NCBI GenBank assembly: GCA_030427965.1
Contig: JAUICD010000006.1
Location: 6,769 to 70,768, forward strand
Length of the DNA stretch: 64,000 bases
Source of the DNA: Bdellovibrionia bacterium
Lineage (GTDB): Bacteria; Bdellovibrionota; Bdellovibrionia; Bdellovibrionales; JAUICD01
Direction of reading: 5' to 3'
This document shows, one piece after another, positions 20,700 to 30,734 of the stretch. Under the pieces are notes generated by a model. It was not told the DNA's origin. It saw only the letters and a program-made list of their open reading frames with translations, and made no database searches. Numbering within the stretch: the first letter of the stretch is position 1; every line of letters begins with the position of its first letter. The position numbers and the translations under genes were made by a program.

Positions 20700-21851
20700 A
20701 TGGAAAGAGCGTTTATTCCTTACGGTCGTCAATCTTTGAATGATCGAGATATCGATGCAGTCATAGGTGTTTTGAAATCAGACTATCTGACACAAGGAAC
20801 TCAAGTTCCTAGTTTTGAAAGTGAGCTTTCAATAAAACTTAATGGTGTGGACGTACACTGTGTCTCAAGTGGTACTTCTGCTTTACACCTAGCTTGCGCT
20901 GCGATGGGTTTGGGTGAAGGAGATGTTCTTTGGACATCTCCGATATCATTTGTAGCATCGGCCAATTGCGCCCGTTATTGCGGAGCACTTGTGGACTTTG
21001 TAGATGTGGATTACAGCACTGGCCTTATGTCGATTGAGGCATTAAAATGTAAACTCGAAGCGGCTGAGAAAGTCGGTAAATTGCCTAAAATAATTATACC
21101 TGTTCACTATGCGGGTCAGTCCGTTGATATGGTTCAAATAGCAGATCTTTCTGAGAGATACGGATTTCAAGTTATTGAAGATGCTTGTCATGCACTGGGT
21201 GGGATGTATGAGAATGAGCCCATTGGGAGCTGCAAGTATTCCGACGCAGCTGTTTTTAGTTTCCACCCAGTGAAGTCCATCACAAGCGGAGAAGGTGGAG
21301 CCATTTCTACTAATAAAAAAGATTTGAGTGAAAAGATAAGGCGCCTTCGAAGCCATGGTATAAAAAGAGAAACACAGTGGAGCGTAGAGATAGGTCCTTG
21401 GTACTATGAACAGATAGACCTTGGGTTCAATTACAGGATGACAGATATCCAAGCTGCACTTGGAAGAAGCCAATTGAGTCGACTGGATGAGTTTGTGAGC
21501 AGGAGAAACAATTTGCACGCAAGGTATATGTCTACACTTGGTGACCTGCCCATTACGTGTTTGAATTCAAATTCAAATTCCGCGCACCATCTTTTTGTCA
21601 TACATGTAGAAAGCAATACTATAGAAAAGAAAGCACTGTTTGAATATTTACGAGACAAAGGAATTGGCACACAAGTGCATTATATTCCTATTCACTTGCA
21701 GCCCTATTACAAACAATTGGGTTTTGAAATCGGTCAATTTCCTGAGAGCGAGAAATTTTATAGTACTTGCTTAAGTCTTCCACTGTTTCCAAGTTTAAAG
21801 GAAGTTGACCAAGACTATATTATTCGTACTCTGAAAGAGATTTGCAATTGA
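20700..21851 (+). CDS. pseC: UDP-4-amino-4,6-dideoxy-N-acetyl-beta-L-altrosamine transaminase, PseC
   Basis: 383 aa. FIPYGRQSLNDRDIDAVIGVLKSDYLTQG, GTSALHLA, VIEDACHALGG and FSFHPVKSITSGEGGA (PLP lysine). Confidence 0.9.
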   Translation: MERAFIPYGRQSLNDRDIDAVIGVLKSDYLTQGTQVPSFESELSIKLNGVDVHCVSSGTSALHLACAAMGLGEGDVLWTSPISFVASANCARYCGALVDFVDVDYSTGLMSIEALKCKLEAAEKVGKLPKIIIPVHYAGQSVDMVQIADLSERYGFQVIEDACHALGGMYENEPIGSCKYSDAAVFSFHPVKSITSGEGGAISTNKKDLSEKIRRLRSHGIKRETQWSVEIGPWYYEQIDLGFNYRMTDIQAALGRSQLSRLDEFVSRRNNLHARYMSTLGDLPITCLNSNSNSAHHLFVIHVESNTIEKKALFEYLRDKGIGTQVHYIPIHLQPYYKQLGFEIGQFPESEKFYSTCLSLPLFPSLKEVDQDYIIRTLKEICN

Positions 21852-22576
21852 GTGTACTGGCACTGATTCAGGCCAGATGCGGGTCGAGCCGTCTTCCAGG
21901 GAAGGTCCTGAAGGAAGTGGGCGGGAAGTCCTTACTTGAGCACCAACTGAGCCAGATTTCGTATTGTAAATCTATTTCTGAGATTGCAGTTCTAACAACG
22001 AATAGTCCGGTGGATGACTCTATTGAAAAATTCTGTCAGTCCAAAGAGGTAAATGTTTTTCGAGGCGACGAAGAAGACGTGCTGAAAAGGTTTACGGATG
22101 CATTGGAGACTTTTAGAAGTGGAAACACAATAGTGCGTTTGACTGCAGATTGTCCTTTAATTGACCCCGTAGTGATAGATTTAGTGGCAGGTGAACATTT
22201 GAAAGTAGGTGCTGACTATACATCAAACACACTTGAGCGGACTTTTCCACGCGGCTACGACTGTGAATTTGTAGAGAGAGAAATTTTGATGCTTGCTGGA
22301 GCTGAGGCCAGTGAAGGTTTTCAGCGAGAGCATGTGACTCCATATATCTATGAGAACAAAGAAAAATTCAAACTCCACAGTGTCAGAAACCCACTTGGAA
22401 ATCATTCCGATGTCCGAGTAACCGTGGATACAGAAGAGGATTTTCTATTTGTTTCTGAAATAATAGATCGAATCGCATCGAGTCCACTATTGCAATCAGA
22501 GCTTTTGAAAATACTCGACTCCAACCCAGAGTTAGTTAAGATAAATTCCGAAGTCATACAAAGGGCAATTCGATGA
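21842..22576 (+). CDS. pseF: nonulosonic-acid cytidylyltransferase (SpsF/PseF-like, CTP_transf_3 type)
   Basis: 244 aa. ALIQARCGSSRLPGKVL glycine-rich NTP-binding start and RLTADCPLIDP. Its position between pseC and pseG supports the PseF role, though the sequence type is SpsF-like. Confidence 0.6.
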   Translation: MQLSVLALIQARCGSSRLPGKVLKEVGGKSLLEHQLSQISYCKSISEIAVLTTNSPVDDSIEKFCQSKEVNVFRGDEEDVLKRFTDALETFRSGNTIVRLTADCPLIDPVVIDLVAGEHLKVGADYTSNTLERTFPRGYDCEFVEREILMLAGAEASEGFQREHVTPYIYENKEKFKLHSVRNPLGNHSDVRVTVDTEEDFLFVSEIIDRIASSPLLQSELLKILDSNPELVKINSEVIQRAIR

Positions 22577-23625
22577 AGAGCTTTAAGTTTGCATTTCGGT
22601 TTGAAGTTTCAAAAGAGATCGGTAGTGGCCATGCTGTAAGATGTGTGACTTTGGCTCGGGCTCTGAACAGGTTGGGACACAAAACGGTTTTAATCTGTAA
22701 CGCTCAGATGCCGGGTGAAATATCATCCACCCAGGAGGTGTTGGTCACGAATTCGGCCGAGAGAGAAGTGTTAGGTCATAGGGCATGGCCATCTGAAATA
22801 GTTCTGAAAGATTCAAGTGAAACTCTAAGACTCTGTTCTTCTCTGGGAGTGACTCATTTGATTGTAGACAGCTATGCGCTCGATGAGCGCTGGGAAAGTC
22901 CGATTAAAGAGAGTGGGGTTATTTTAATTGCAATAGATGACCTTGCAAATCGTCGACATGCTTCGGACTTTCTAATAGATACCAACTTAGTAAATGGATA
23001 TGAATTGAGGTATTCCTCCTTACTTAAAAGAGAATGTGAAAGGCTTCTGGGACCAAAATATGCGATTCTTCGCCCAGAGTTTGCTATGGCTAGGGGTAGT
23101 TCAAAAACTCGTACTCAAGTCAAAAAAATACTATTGTTTTTTGGGGGGTACCCACCAAGTGGACTTTTTGAAAAAGTGATTCGTTCGCTTGAGAGTGTCT
23201 TCAAGAGGGAGAAACCAGAACTTTTTTTACTCAATTCAAGGGAAGGTTTACAAAAATTTCATAAACTGTATAGTGGCCCACTTACCAATTTACCGTATTC
23301 AAATGAAATTGCAGACCTGATAAATCAAATGGATTTGGCGATTTGTTCTGGGGGAACATTCACATGGGAACGTGCTTGCTTGGGGCTTCCTGGAATTGTC
23401 ATTTCAACAGCTAGAAATCAAATTGAAGGATCTGATTACTTAGATCAAATGGGCGGTCAGACCTATCTTGGGACTCAAGATGGGTTGTCCACTGAAAAAT
23501 TGAATTTCGCTTTGAAAACTTACTGCGAAAACAAAAACAAGTTGTCGAATGAATCTGATTTTTTAATGAGCGAAGTTGATGGACAAGGTGTGGATCGCAT
23601 TCTGGAGAGATTACTTGTTTCATAG
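22573..23625 (+). CDS. pseG: UDP-2,4-diacetamido-2,4,6-trideoxy-beta-L-altropyranose hydrolase, PseG
   Basis: 350 aa. FRFEVSKEIGSGHAVRCVTLARAL at the N-terminus and a C-terminal MDLAICSGGTFTWERACLGLP GT-B (GT28-like) motif. ATGA overlap with pseF. Confidence 0.8.
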   Translation: MKSFKFAFRFEVSKEIGSGHAVRCVTLARALNRLGHKTVLICNAQMPGEISSTQEVLVTNSAEREVLGHRAWPSEIVLKDSSETLRLCSSLGVTHLIVDSYALDERWESPIKESGVILIAIDDLANRRHASDFLIDTNLVNGYELRYSSLLKRECERLLGPKYAILRPEFAMARGSSKTRTQVKKILLFFGGYPPSGLFEKVIRSLESVFKREKPELFLLNSREGLQKFHKLYSGPLTNLPYSNEIADLINQMDLAICSGGTFTWERACLGLPGIVISTARNQIEGSDYLDQMGGQTYLGTQDGLSTEKLNFALKTYCENKNKLSNESDFLMSEVDGQGVDRILERLLVS

Positions 23626-24925
23626 GTGGGTAGAAAAATATATTTCCACTGATCTTATCGCCTTGCTTTTGTTTTTTTCAATGTTGGTGGGTCCAGGTCT
23701 TCAATTTTCAAAGATCTACTTGTTTCACCTTGTGTTTTGTACATTTCTAATTCTTTCTTCAAGAAAGATTACTCACTCTTTGAACGAAGTGAATAAGCCA
23801 ATACTTTTTTTCTTGAGCTATACCTGTTTACTTGGTTTTAGTGTGTTTTGGTCAGATGCAAAAGGATTGGGGGTTAAGAATTTTGGTATTACCCTGATTG
23901 GTTTTCTATCAACCACTGTAATCTACCTTTCTATAGTAAAGCGACAGGTGCTGTACCGAAAGGCAATGACTGTGGCAACGGGAGTACTTGTTGTTCAGGT
24001 GGTTTTGGGCTTGCTTGAGGTTTTTACCGACTTTCGCTATCCAATTTCAAAATTATCAAAAATTAATTCGTCTTTTGGAATTAGCTATTTAGAAAATGAG
24101 TTCAGCTTAGATATGGCTCATATAGCCTCTTTGCCAACGGGGTTTTCTTGGAGTCCAAACTCGTATGCTTCTTTTTTGGTATTATTCTTTCCTCTTGGCT
24201 TGTTGTTTTTGAGAAAACTCTATTGGAAGTCGATTTTAGTTTTTACAGTTTCGTATTTGATTTACGTAGGACAATCCAAAGCAGCAATACTGGGACTTTG
24301 TTTTACATTAGTGTCGATTGCTATTTTTGAAATCTGTCAAAACAAGTCACGTACAATGAAATCTGGAATAACTGTGTTACTTACCCTAATAAGTGTGTTT
24401 GTTGTTTATGGAATAAGAGATACGCCTCTTCTAATAGATATTAAAAAAACGGCAACTGGAATTGAGAGGGCATGGAATGAGGGGGATTCGGGCTTACGAA
24501 GTCACCTTTCTTTACCTAAGCGAATCACAAGGCTTAAAGAAGGACTTTCAAGGTTTGACAAATCTCCTATATTTGGCGCTGGAGCAGGGATGGCAAGTCA
24601 GCATACTGTAGAGGGTAAAACTGTTTATGAAAATCTACATTTTTACTTTTTAGAACCTTTAATTGAAACAGGTGTCATTGGGTTTTTTCTGTTTTTGGTT
24701 CCTATTCTTTTTATTTTATTTGCCAGTTTAAAAAATGTTCTTTGTCTTTCTGATTTAAGGCAGAAGAGAATTTCGTTCTATTTTAGCGTGGCCCTTGTTT
24801 CATTTTCTCTTTCTTCTTTTGGAATGTCGAGTTTGATTTATTATTTGCCTTGGTACTTATTTCTTGGGTTAATTCTTGTCCACATGGAGTACGCTAAGAA
24901 CTATCCGCGTGTAGATATTTTGTAG
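23576..24925 (+). CDS. O-antigen polymerase/ligase-like polytopic membrane protein (Wzy-type)
   Basis: 449-aa, strongly hydrophobic multi-TM protein. It has one large hydrophilic loop (GIERAWNEGDSGLRSHLSLPKRITRLKEG...GAGAGMASQH), as in Wzy_C-type proteins. Start uncertain: it overlaps pseG by 50 nt, and ATG 23681 is an alternative. Confidence 0.55.
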   Translation: MMDKVWIAFWRDYLFHRWVEKYISTDLIALLLFFSMLVGPGLQFSKIYLFHLVFCTFLILSSRKITHSLNEVNKPILFFLSYTCLLGFSVFWSDAKGLGVKNFGITLIGFLSTTVIYLSIVKRQVLYRKAMTVATGVLVVQVVLGLLEVFTDFRYPISKLSKINSSFGISYLENEFSLDMAHIASLPTGFSWSPNSYASFLVLFFPLGLLFLRKLYWKSILVFTVSYLIYVGQSKAAILGLCFTLVSIAIFEICQNKSRTMKSGITVLLTLISVFVVYGIRDTPLLIDIKKTATGIERAWNEGDSGLRSHLSLPKRITRLKEGLSRFDKSPIFGAGAGMASQHTVEGKTVYENLHFYFLEPLIETGVIGFFLFLVPILFILFASLKNVLCLSDLRQKRISFYFSVALVSFSLSSFGMSSLIYYLPWYLFLGLILVHMEYAKNYPRVDIL

Positions 24926-26172
24926 ATCCAAAATAAATAGATAGATTTACCTAGGCAGGAGATTCCGACAAATGCTGCCAATCCATGTTCAAGCTTTTGA
25001 TTTGAGAGTGCTGAAAAGACGAGTACCGCAAGTGAGGCGACCTCTATTACGGTGTGGATTTTAAGTGAGGTCAATTGCTTCTTAAATACGATAGCAAATC
25101 TTTCAAGAATGACTGTTGCTAATCCAAATCCAAAATACGGGACTAGTATCTGAAACATTTCACCTAAATTGGTCCACTTGGGTCCTAAAATAATTGGGAG
25201 TAGTGGAGGGCCTGCCCAATAGGCAGTTCCAAATGTGAGAATACAAAAAAGTAGAACAGAAAAATAGATACGCTGTACTCTATAGGGTTCATTGAGGTTT
25301 GAGTTTCTGTACTCTAGCATTCGTTGGTAAATGATTTCTGAAAGTGGGTTGCCGACTGAAAAAGTGGGAGCTTTCATAAGACGGTTGAGTGCTGAAAAAT
25401 GCCCAAGCTTAATAGGATTCCAATACATCCCAATTAAAACAGGGACGATCACATCTCTTGATTGCATCAATAAAGCTTGTGGGAGTGTGGCGAATGGGAA
25501 GTCACGATATTTTTTAAGAACATTTTTTAGATTTATAATCGTGTCGGATAAAAATTGAAATCGATAAACTGTAATAAAAATCAAAATACCCAGTAGTGCA
25601 GAAAGGGTTTGTCCTAAGACTGTCCCTAAAACCAGGGATAAGGTAGTGGCACTGCTATAGCCTACTGCGATTTTAAAAGCTGAAATTGCTACTGCATTGA
25701 AAACCTTTAAAAACCCTGCCAATCGATAATTTCCTTTTCTCAAGTTCCAGTAAATAGCAGCCTGGTGAGCAATTGCAAAGATGAGGTAAACGGGCAAAAG
25801 TAAGGTTGCTTGAAAAAATGAATTGGTTGAAAGCTCATCAAATACGAAATAGGAAATGCCCAGGGGTATCGAAATCAAAATAGCCGAAGTACCGGAAAAC
25901 AACAAAAGGATTCGATAGAGAGACTCAGCATCCGAATCTTCTTTTGGATCAAGTATTGCTAGGTCAAGTCTTAGCGAAACAACTAGAGTTAAAAAGACAC
26001 CAATGGAGGCGAATACCTCGTAAACAGCAAAGTGGATTGGATCATAGATACGAGTTAAAACTGGGAATACGAGTATTGGAAACACTGAGGCCAGACCAGT
26101 ATAGAATGTATATCCAAGAGCTCTTTTTGTGAGTGAGTTTCGTTTTAGTAGAGATTGTAAAAACTCAAACAT
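24901..26172 (-). CDS. wzx: oligosaccharide flippase (Wzx / MOP superfamily)
   Basis: 423-aa polytopic membrane protein with a Wzx-like N-terminus (TFYTGLASVFPILVFPVLTRIYDPIHFAVYEVF). Convergent with the Wzy-like gene, with a 25-nt 3' overlap. Confidence 0.65.
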   Translation of the reverse strand: MFEFLQSLLKRNSLTKRALGYTFYTGLASVFPILVFPVLTRIYDPIHFAVYEVFASIGVFLTLVVSLRLDLAILDPKEDSDAESLYRILLLFSGTSAILISIPLGISYFVFDELSTNSFFQATLLLPVYLIFAIAHQAAIYWNLRKGNYRLAGFLKVFNAVAISAFKIAVGYSSATTLSLVLGTVLGQTLSALLGILIFITVYRFQFLSDTIINLKNVLKKYRDFPFATLPQALLMQSRDVIVPVLIGMYWNPIKLGHFSALNRLMKAPTFSVGNPLSEIIYQRMLEYRNSNLNEPYRVQRIYFSVLLFCILTFGTAYWAGPPLLPIILGPKWTNLGEMFQILVPYFGFGLATVILERFAIVFKKQLTSLKIHTVIEVASLAVLVFSALSNQKLEHGLAAFVGISCLGKSIYLFWIYKISTRG

Positions 26173-26183
26173 TGCAGGTTTGC

Positions 26184-28418
26184 CTAGTATTCATAAAATG
26201 GGATGTTGCCTATCCGACTTGAAGTATGCATAAAGCTGGGAGTGATTTTGTCATTTATTATCGAAATTATATCTTCTGGATTGGCACGGTTGTAGTGGGC
26301 TAATGCCTTTCTTGAGTAAGCGGAATGTTTCTGAGTCCGAGATTCATTTGGTAGGTATATTTTTGATCTTGTTGAGTATGGGAAGATCCGTCTGTAATCT
26401 GCAAATCCCCATAGAACGACAGAATGCGTTTTGAGCAGTGCCGCCAAGTGAGCAAGTGATGAGTCTACTCCTAGGAACAGTTGTGAAGTTCCGATTTCAT
26501 GAACAAGGGTGTTAAAAGATCGGCCTGAATAAAGATTGATATTTGACTGAGTTGAAGAATCAATAATTTTACGGCAATAAGAGATTTCCTCGGGACTGTC
26601 GTCGCAAAAAATTTGGATGTCCTCATACTCCTCTTTCTCTAAGAGATTTAAAAGTTTAGTCCAAAATGAAACAGGATAGAGTTTGTTTAAGGAGGATGCT
26701 GTCGGGTGAATAGAGGCCTTGTTTTGAATTGTTGCAGTATTTCCTGTGAAAGATTTAAAGAAATCTTCGTTTAAATCAAATTCCACGTCCAAAGCTTCTA
26801 GTAGATCATAATTGTTGTCAATATCGTGAACTTCAGGATCTACTGTGATTTTGTGAAATGGATTGAGCTGAGTGTATGGGCTTTTAGATTTTGAAAAACA
26901 CATTTTCTGTGGGCTTGGATCTCTCCACAGCCCGCTGATTTCTCGTTTCCAATTGGGGTAGAGGGATAGGGCAAAATCAGAGGCTTTCTTAGACTCTTCT
27001 AAGATTGAAATTCGCGACGAATAAGGATGGACTTTGCATTTGAGTGTTTCACCCAAAAACTTTGCGCCACTCTTCATAGTATGTACGGTAATGTTGTGTT
27101 TCCTTGAAATAGGGAGGATAGCACGAACCCCATTGATTGTGTTTCCGAGGCCTTGAAGGGTGTATATAGAAACCGATTCGCGTTGATTGCCACTTGGCGG
27201 TCGTCGCTTTTTGATATTTTTGATAATCTTGTTTGCACGAGTCAGCGGCGTAGGTCTTTTTAGAGTCTCTTGCGGTAAGGTTCCTCCAGTAATACTTTTG
27301 TATACTTTCATTAACTCTTTGGACTCATTCTCCCAATTGAATTTGGATTCGATATGTTGTGCGTTTATTTCACCTTGCTTTTTCCACTTTGGCCAACTTG
27401 AGGTCATTTCAGAGATTGATTTTGCTATAGCACCGGGGTCGGTTGTATCTGCATAGAGCCCAGCTTCGTCATAGATATTTTTCCAATACTCAAAATCAGG
27501 AAGTACCATCGGTAGTTCGCAAGACATGTACTCAAATGGTTTGGTGGCAATTGTTCTTAAGTGGTTCGGTGCAGGTAGAAAGGGTACGATCCCAATATCT
27601 GCTTTTGAAATATGTGTGAAGACTTCTGATGGAGAAACGCTGCCAAGATACTTTGTGTTCTTCCAGCCTTCGGATTTTTCACACTGTTCTTTCAGGCCTG
27701 TTTCTGTAAACTTCCCAAGTAGCCAAAGTTCATGGTTATCAAGGTGCTTAAAGCTCTCTACCAGTTCAAATATTCCTCGAATTCTTGTCATTGCCCCGAC
27801 ATATATGACAACAAATTTGCTATTGTCTTTTTTTTGCAAAGATTCGGATTTCGACTTTGTGATTTCTTTAAGGGCGGGGTAGTTCTTTATGACGTAGACG
27901 TCTTTACGTTTAAATTTTTCAGCAATGTCGGGTCTGGCACATACGATTGCAGAAAAAAATTGGATAGAAAAGCGTTCAACATATCCGACAGATTTTGAAA
28001 TGGCTCTTCTCAGCCACGAAGCTTTGATGTACTCTCGTGTGAGGAGTGCAGCTGATGCGTCTTCATGCGCATCGTAAATAACTTTTTTACCCAACAAACT
28101 CAAAATTAATGCAGCGGGGATGATCTCGGGATCGTGAAAGTGAAAAATCTTTGATTTTGACTGAATTGCTTTTTTTAAAATTTGAAAAAATGAAGTATAG
28201 AAAATCCTCTTGATGCGGCTACTGGGTTTTTGAATGCTCCAAACAGTAATTGAGTTCTGTATTCGGTCTCGGTCACATGGAGCGACGAGGTGAACGTCAA
28301 ACCCAATAGATGAAAGAGTTTGGCACTCCTTGTAGAAGATGCGGTTGTCATTGAAATTGTGAACTGAAGTTAGGTGGCAAACCCGCGTTCTCAATGCCCC
28401 TCCGACAACGCCGCGCAT
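26184..28418 (-). CDS. two-domain glycosyltransferase: N-terminal GT4-like plus C-terminal GT9 (heptosyltransferase-like)
   Basis: 744 aa. The N-terminal half has VCHLTSVHNFNDNRIF...HFHDPE...TIATKPFEYMSCELPMVLPD (GT4/WbuB-like). The C-terminal half has LFLGVDSSLAHLAALLKTHSVVLWG, the GT9 signature. Confidence 0.6.
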   Translation of the reverse strand: MRGVVGGALRTRVCHLTSVHNFNDNRIFYKECQTLSSIGFDVHLVAPCDRDRIQNSITVWSIQKPSSRIKRIFYTSFFQILKKAIQSKSKIFHFHDPEIIPAALILSLLGKKVIYDAHEDASAALLTREYIKASWLRRAISKSVGYVERFSIQFFSAIVCARPDIAEKFKRKDVYVIKNYPALKEITKSKSESLQKKDNSKFVVIYVGAMTRIRGIFELVESFKHLDNHELWLLGKFTETGLKEQCEKSEGWKNTKYLGSVSPSEVFTHISKADIGIVPFLPAPNHLRTIATKPFEYMSCELPMVLPDFEYWKNIYDEAGLYADTTDPGAIAKSISEMTSSWPKWKKQGEINAQHIESKFNWENESKELMKVYKSITGGTLPQETLKRPTPLTRANKIIKNIKKRRPPSGNQRESVSIYTLQGLGNTINGVRAILPISRKHNITVHTMKSGAKFLGETLKCKVHPYSSRISILEESKKASDFALSLYPNWKREISGLWRDPSPQKMCFSKSKSPYTQLNPFHKITVDPEVHDIDNNYDLLEALDVEFDLNEDFFKSFTGNTATIQNKASIHPTASSLNKLYPVSFWTKLLNLLEKEEYEDIQIFCDDSPEEISYCRKIIDSSTQSNINLYSGRSFNTLVHEIGTSQLFLGVDSSLAHLAALLKTHSVVLWGFADYRRIFPYSTRSKIYLPNESRTQKHSAYSRKALAHYNRANPEDIISIINDKITPSFMHTSSRIGNIPFYEY

Positions 28419-28492
28419 TAGTTAGATTGGTTTATATTTTATTTTATATGGCATAAAAGAACGGATTGCATCTATTTTTGGAGGTTGAAATA

Positions 28493-29590
28493 TTGAAAAT
28501 TGCAGTCGTGGTTGGAACTCGTCCAGAAGTCATTAAAATGGCACCAGTGATCAGAGAGATCAAAAAGCGTGGACATGCGTTGCTCGTGATTCACTCCAAT
28601 CAGCACTATAGCGACAATATGGATCGGGTTTTCTTTGAAGAACTTGAACTTCAAGCTCCTCATTACAATTTGGAGGTGGGGTCTTCGCTTCATGGAAATC
28701 AAACTGGGAATATATTAATTAAAATCGAGCCAATATTGTTAGATGAGAAACCTGATGTGGTTTTAGTTCAAGGAGACACAAATACGGTTCTGGCAGCTGC
28801 TCTTGGGGCTGCAAAACTCAATATCCCACTTGGGCATGTTGAAGCGGGGTTGAGATCTTATGATCGAAAGATGCCCGAGGAAACCAACAGAGTGGTGACA
28901 GATCATATTTCGAATTACGCCTTTGCCGTCACAGAAATCCAAAAAGATATACTTATTGGAGAAGGGCACTGTGAGGACACTGTTTTTGTGGTCGGTAACA
29001 CAATTGTGGATTCGACTTTTCAAGCTTTAGAACTCAATAAGAATTTTGATGACTTCTTAAAGAAGTATAATCTCTCTCCTCAAGGTTATTTTTTGGCAAC
29101 TATTCATCGAAGCTCAAATGTCGATGACCCGAATCAATTGAAAACTGTACTGGAGAGTTTGAAAGCGGTATCTGAAAAATATAGCTTTAAAATACTTTGG
29201 CCAATACACCCTAGAACTAAAGTTGCACTAACAAAATTTGATCTAAAGCTCCCAAGTGGAGTTGTTGAAGCTTCTCCCACAGGATATTTGGAATTTTTAA
29301 CTCTTCAGAAAAACGCACGGCTTATACTTACGGATTCAGGAGGAGTCCAAGAGGAGGCGTGTATTTTGGGTGTTCCGTGTGTGACCCTGAGGGAGAATAC
29401 AGAAAGACCGGAAACTGTAACTGTTGGAGCAAATGTCTTGGTTCAAAAAATTTCAGTGGAGTCCACCCTTGAGGTTGTAGATCAAGTTCTTGCGGGTAAT
29501 AAAAAGTGGAAGAATCCCTTTGGAGATGGAAAAACTTCTGAGAGGATCATAGACATTCTTGAAGAGAGAGTAGGAAGAGCAAATGGCTAA
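28493..29590 (+). CDS. wecB: UDP-N-acetylglucosamine 2-epimerase (non-hydrolysing)
   Basis: KIAVVVGTRPEVIKMAPV, QGDTNTVLAAALGA, HVEAGLRS, PEETNR and DSGGVQEEA. TTG at 28493 is preceded by GGAGG (8-nt spacing), and the track start 28466 adds 9 unlikely residues. Confidence 0.9.
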   Translation: MKIAVVVGTRPEVIKMAPVIREIKKRGHALLVIHSNQHYSDNMDRVFFEELELQAPHYNLEVGSSLHGNQTGNILIKIEPILLDEKPDVVLVQGDTNTVLAAALGAAKLNIPLGHVEAGLRSYDRKMPEETNRVVTDHISNYAFAVTEIQKDILIGEGHCEDTVFVVGNTIVDSTFQALELNKNFDDFLKKYNLSPQGYFLATIHRSSNVDDPNQLKTVLESLKAVSEKYSFKILWPIHPRTKVALTKFDLKLPSGVVEASPTGYLEFLTLQKNARLILTDSGGVQEEACILGVPCVTLRENTERPETVTVGANVLVQKISVESTLEVVDQVLAGNKKWKNPFGDGKTSERIIDILEERVGRANG

Positions 29591-30734
29591 ATCAAAGATC
29601 AATGTTTTTGGTATGGGCTATATGGGGTATCCACTTGCATGTCTTTTGGCCAAAGGTGGCTATGAAGTCAATGGTGTTGATATTGACTCTAACAAGATTG
29701 AAAAAATAAATTCCAATCATTGTCTTTTTGAAGAAAAGGGATTGGGGGAAGTTTTTCAAAGTCTTTCAAAAAATTCTTTAAGCGGCTCCACTCAGCCGAT
29801 ACCTGCAAGTGTTCATATTATTGCCGTTCCGACACCGCATAGAGATGGAACTTGTGATTTAAGCTATATTGAGAGCGCCTGTGAGATGTTGAAAGATGTC
29901 GTTGCTAGAAATGATCTACTTATTGTCGAATCCACAATTAAACCTGGTGTTTGTGAGTATTTGAACACAAAGTATTTTAAAGACGCCAATGTGCTTATCG
30001 CTCACTGCCCAGAGCGTGCGATTCCAGGAAATACTATGTTTGAACTTGTGAACAATGATCGAATTGTGGGTGGACTTAGTCCTGAGGCGACAAAAAAAGC
30101 GGTAGAGGTTTATCGTTCTTTTGTAAAAGGAGAAATTTTTGAAACTGAGGCTCGTACTGCTGAAGCGGTGAAATTACTTGAAAACACATCTAGAGATATT
30201 GGTATTGCTATGGCAAACGAGTTTGAGCAAATTTTGCGCGAGAAAGGGATTGATGCAAGTGAGGCGATTTATTTGGCCAACCGTCATCCGAGGGTGAATA
30301 TTTTGAATCCGGGTATTGGAGTAGGGGGCCATTGTATTGCCGTGGATCCTTGGTTTTTGGCTGAAGATTCTCAAGTGGCGAAATTGATTCGTGCTTCAAG
30401 ACAAATTAATGATGAACGACCTACTGAGATAGCTCGTCGAATTTTAAGAGTTGTGGGTGATAAGAAGAAAATTGGAATTTTGGGTGTGACCTATAAACCC
30501 GATATTGATGACATACGAGAAACACCTGTTAAAGGTGTGATTGAAGAACTTAAAGCAAATGGATTGAACGTTGCCTATTTTGACCCACACTATAGAGGCT
30601 TGTTTTGCACTGAAGGTTTTGATTCATTTGAAAAAATTGAAGACTGGGCAGATATTTTGATTCAATTGGTGAATCATAAAGAATTTCAGAGTTTGCGTTC
30701 AAAAAAAGAAATCAAGAATTTTAAAGATCTTTGA
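29583..30734 (+). CDS. wecC: UDP-N-acetyl-D-mannosamine (UDP-sugar) 6-dehydrogenase
   Basis: 383 aa. NAD motif VFGMGYMGYPLA, PERAIPG, catalytic-Cys region GIGVGGHCIAVDP, and GVTYKPDIDDIRETP. Overlaps wecB by 8 nt. Confidence 0.8.
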   Translation: MAKSKINVFGMGYMGYPLACLLAKGGYEVNGVDIDSNKIEKINSNHCLFEEKGLGEVFQSLSKNSLSGSTQPIPASVHIIAVPTPHRDGTCDLSYIESACEMLKDVVARNDLLIVESTIKPGVCEYLNTKYFKDANVLIAHCPERAIPGNTMFELVNNDRIVGGLSPEATKKAVEVYRSFVKGEIFETEARTAEAVKLLENTSRDIGIAMANEFEQILREKGIDASEAIYLANRHPRVNILNPGIGVGGHCIAVDPWFLAEDSQVAKLIRASRQINDERPTEIARRILRVVGDKKKIGILGVTYKPDIDDIRETPVKGVIEELKANGLNVAYFDPHYRGLFCTEGFDSFEKIEDWADILIQLVNHKEFQSLRSKKEIKNFKDL

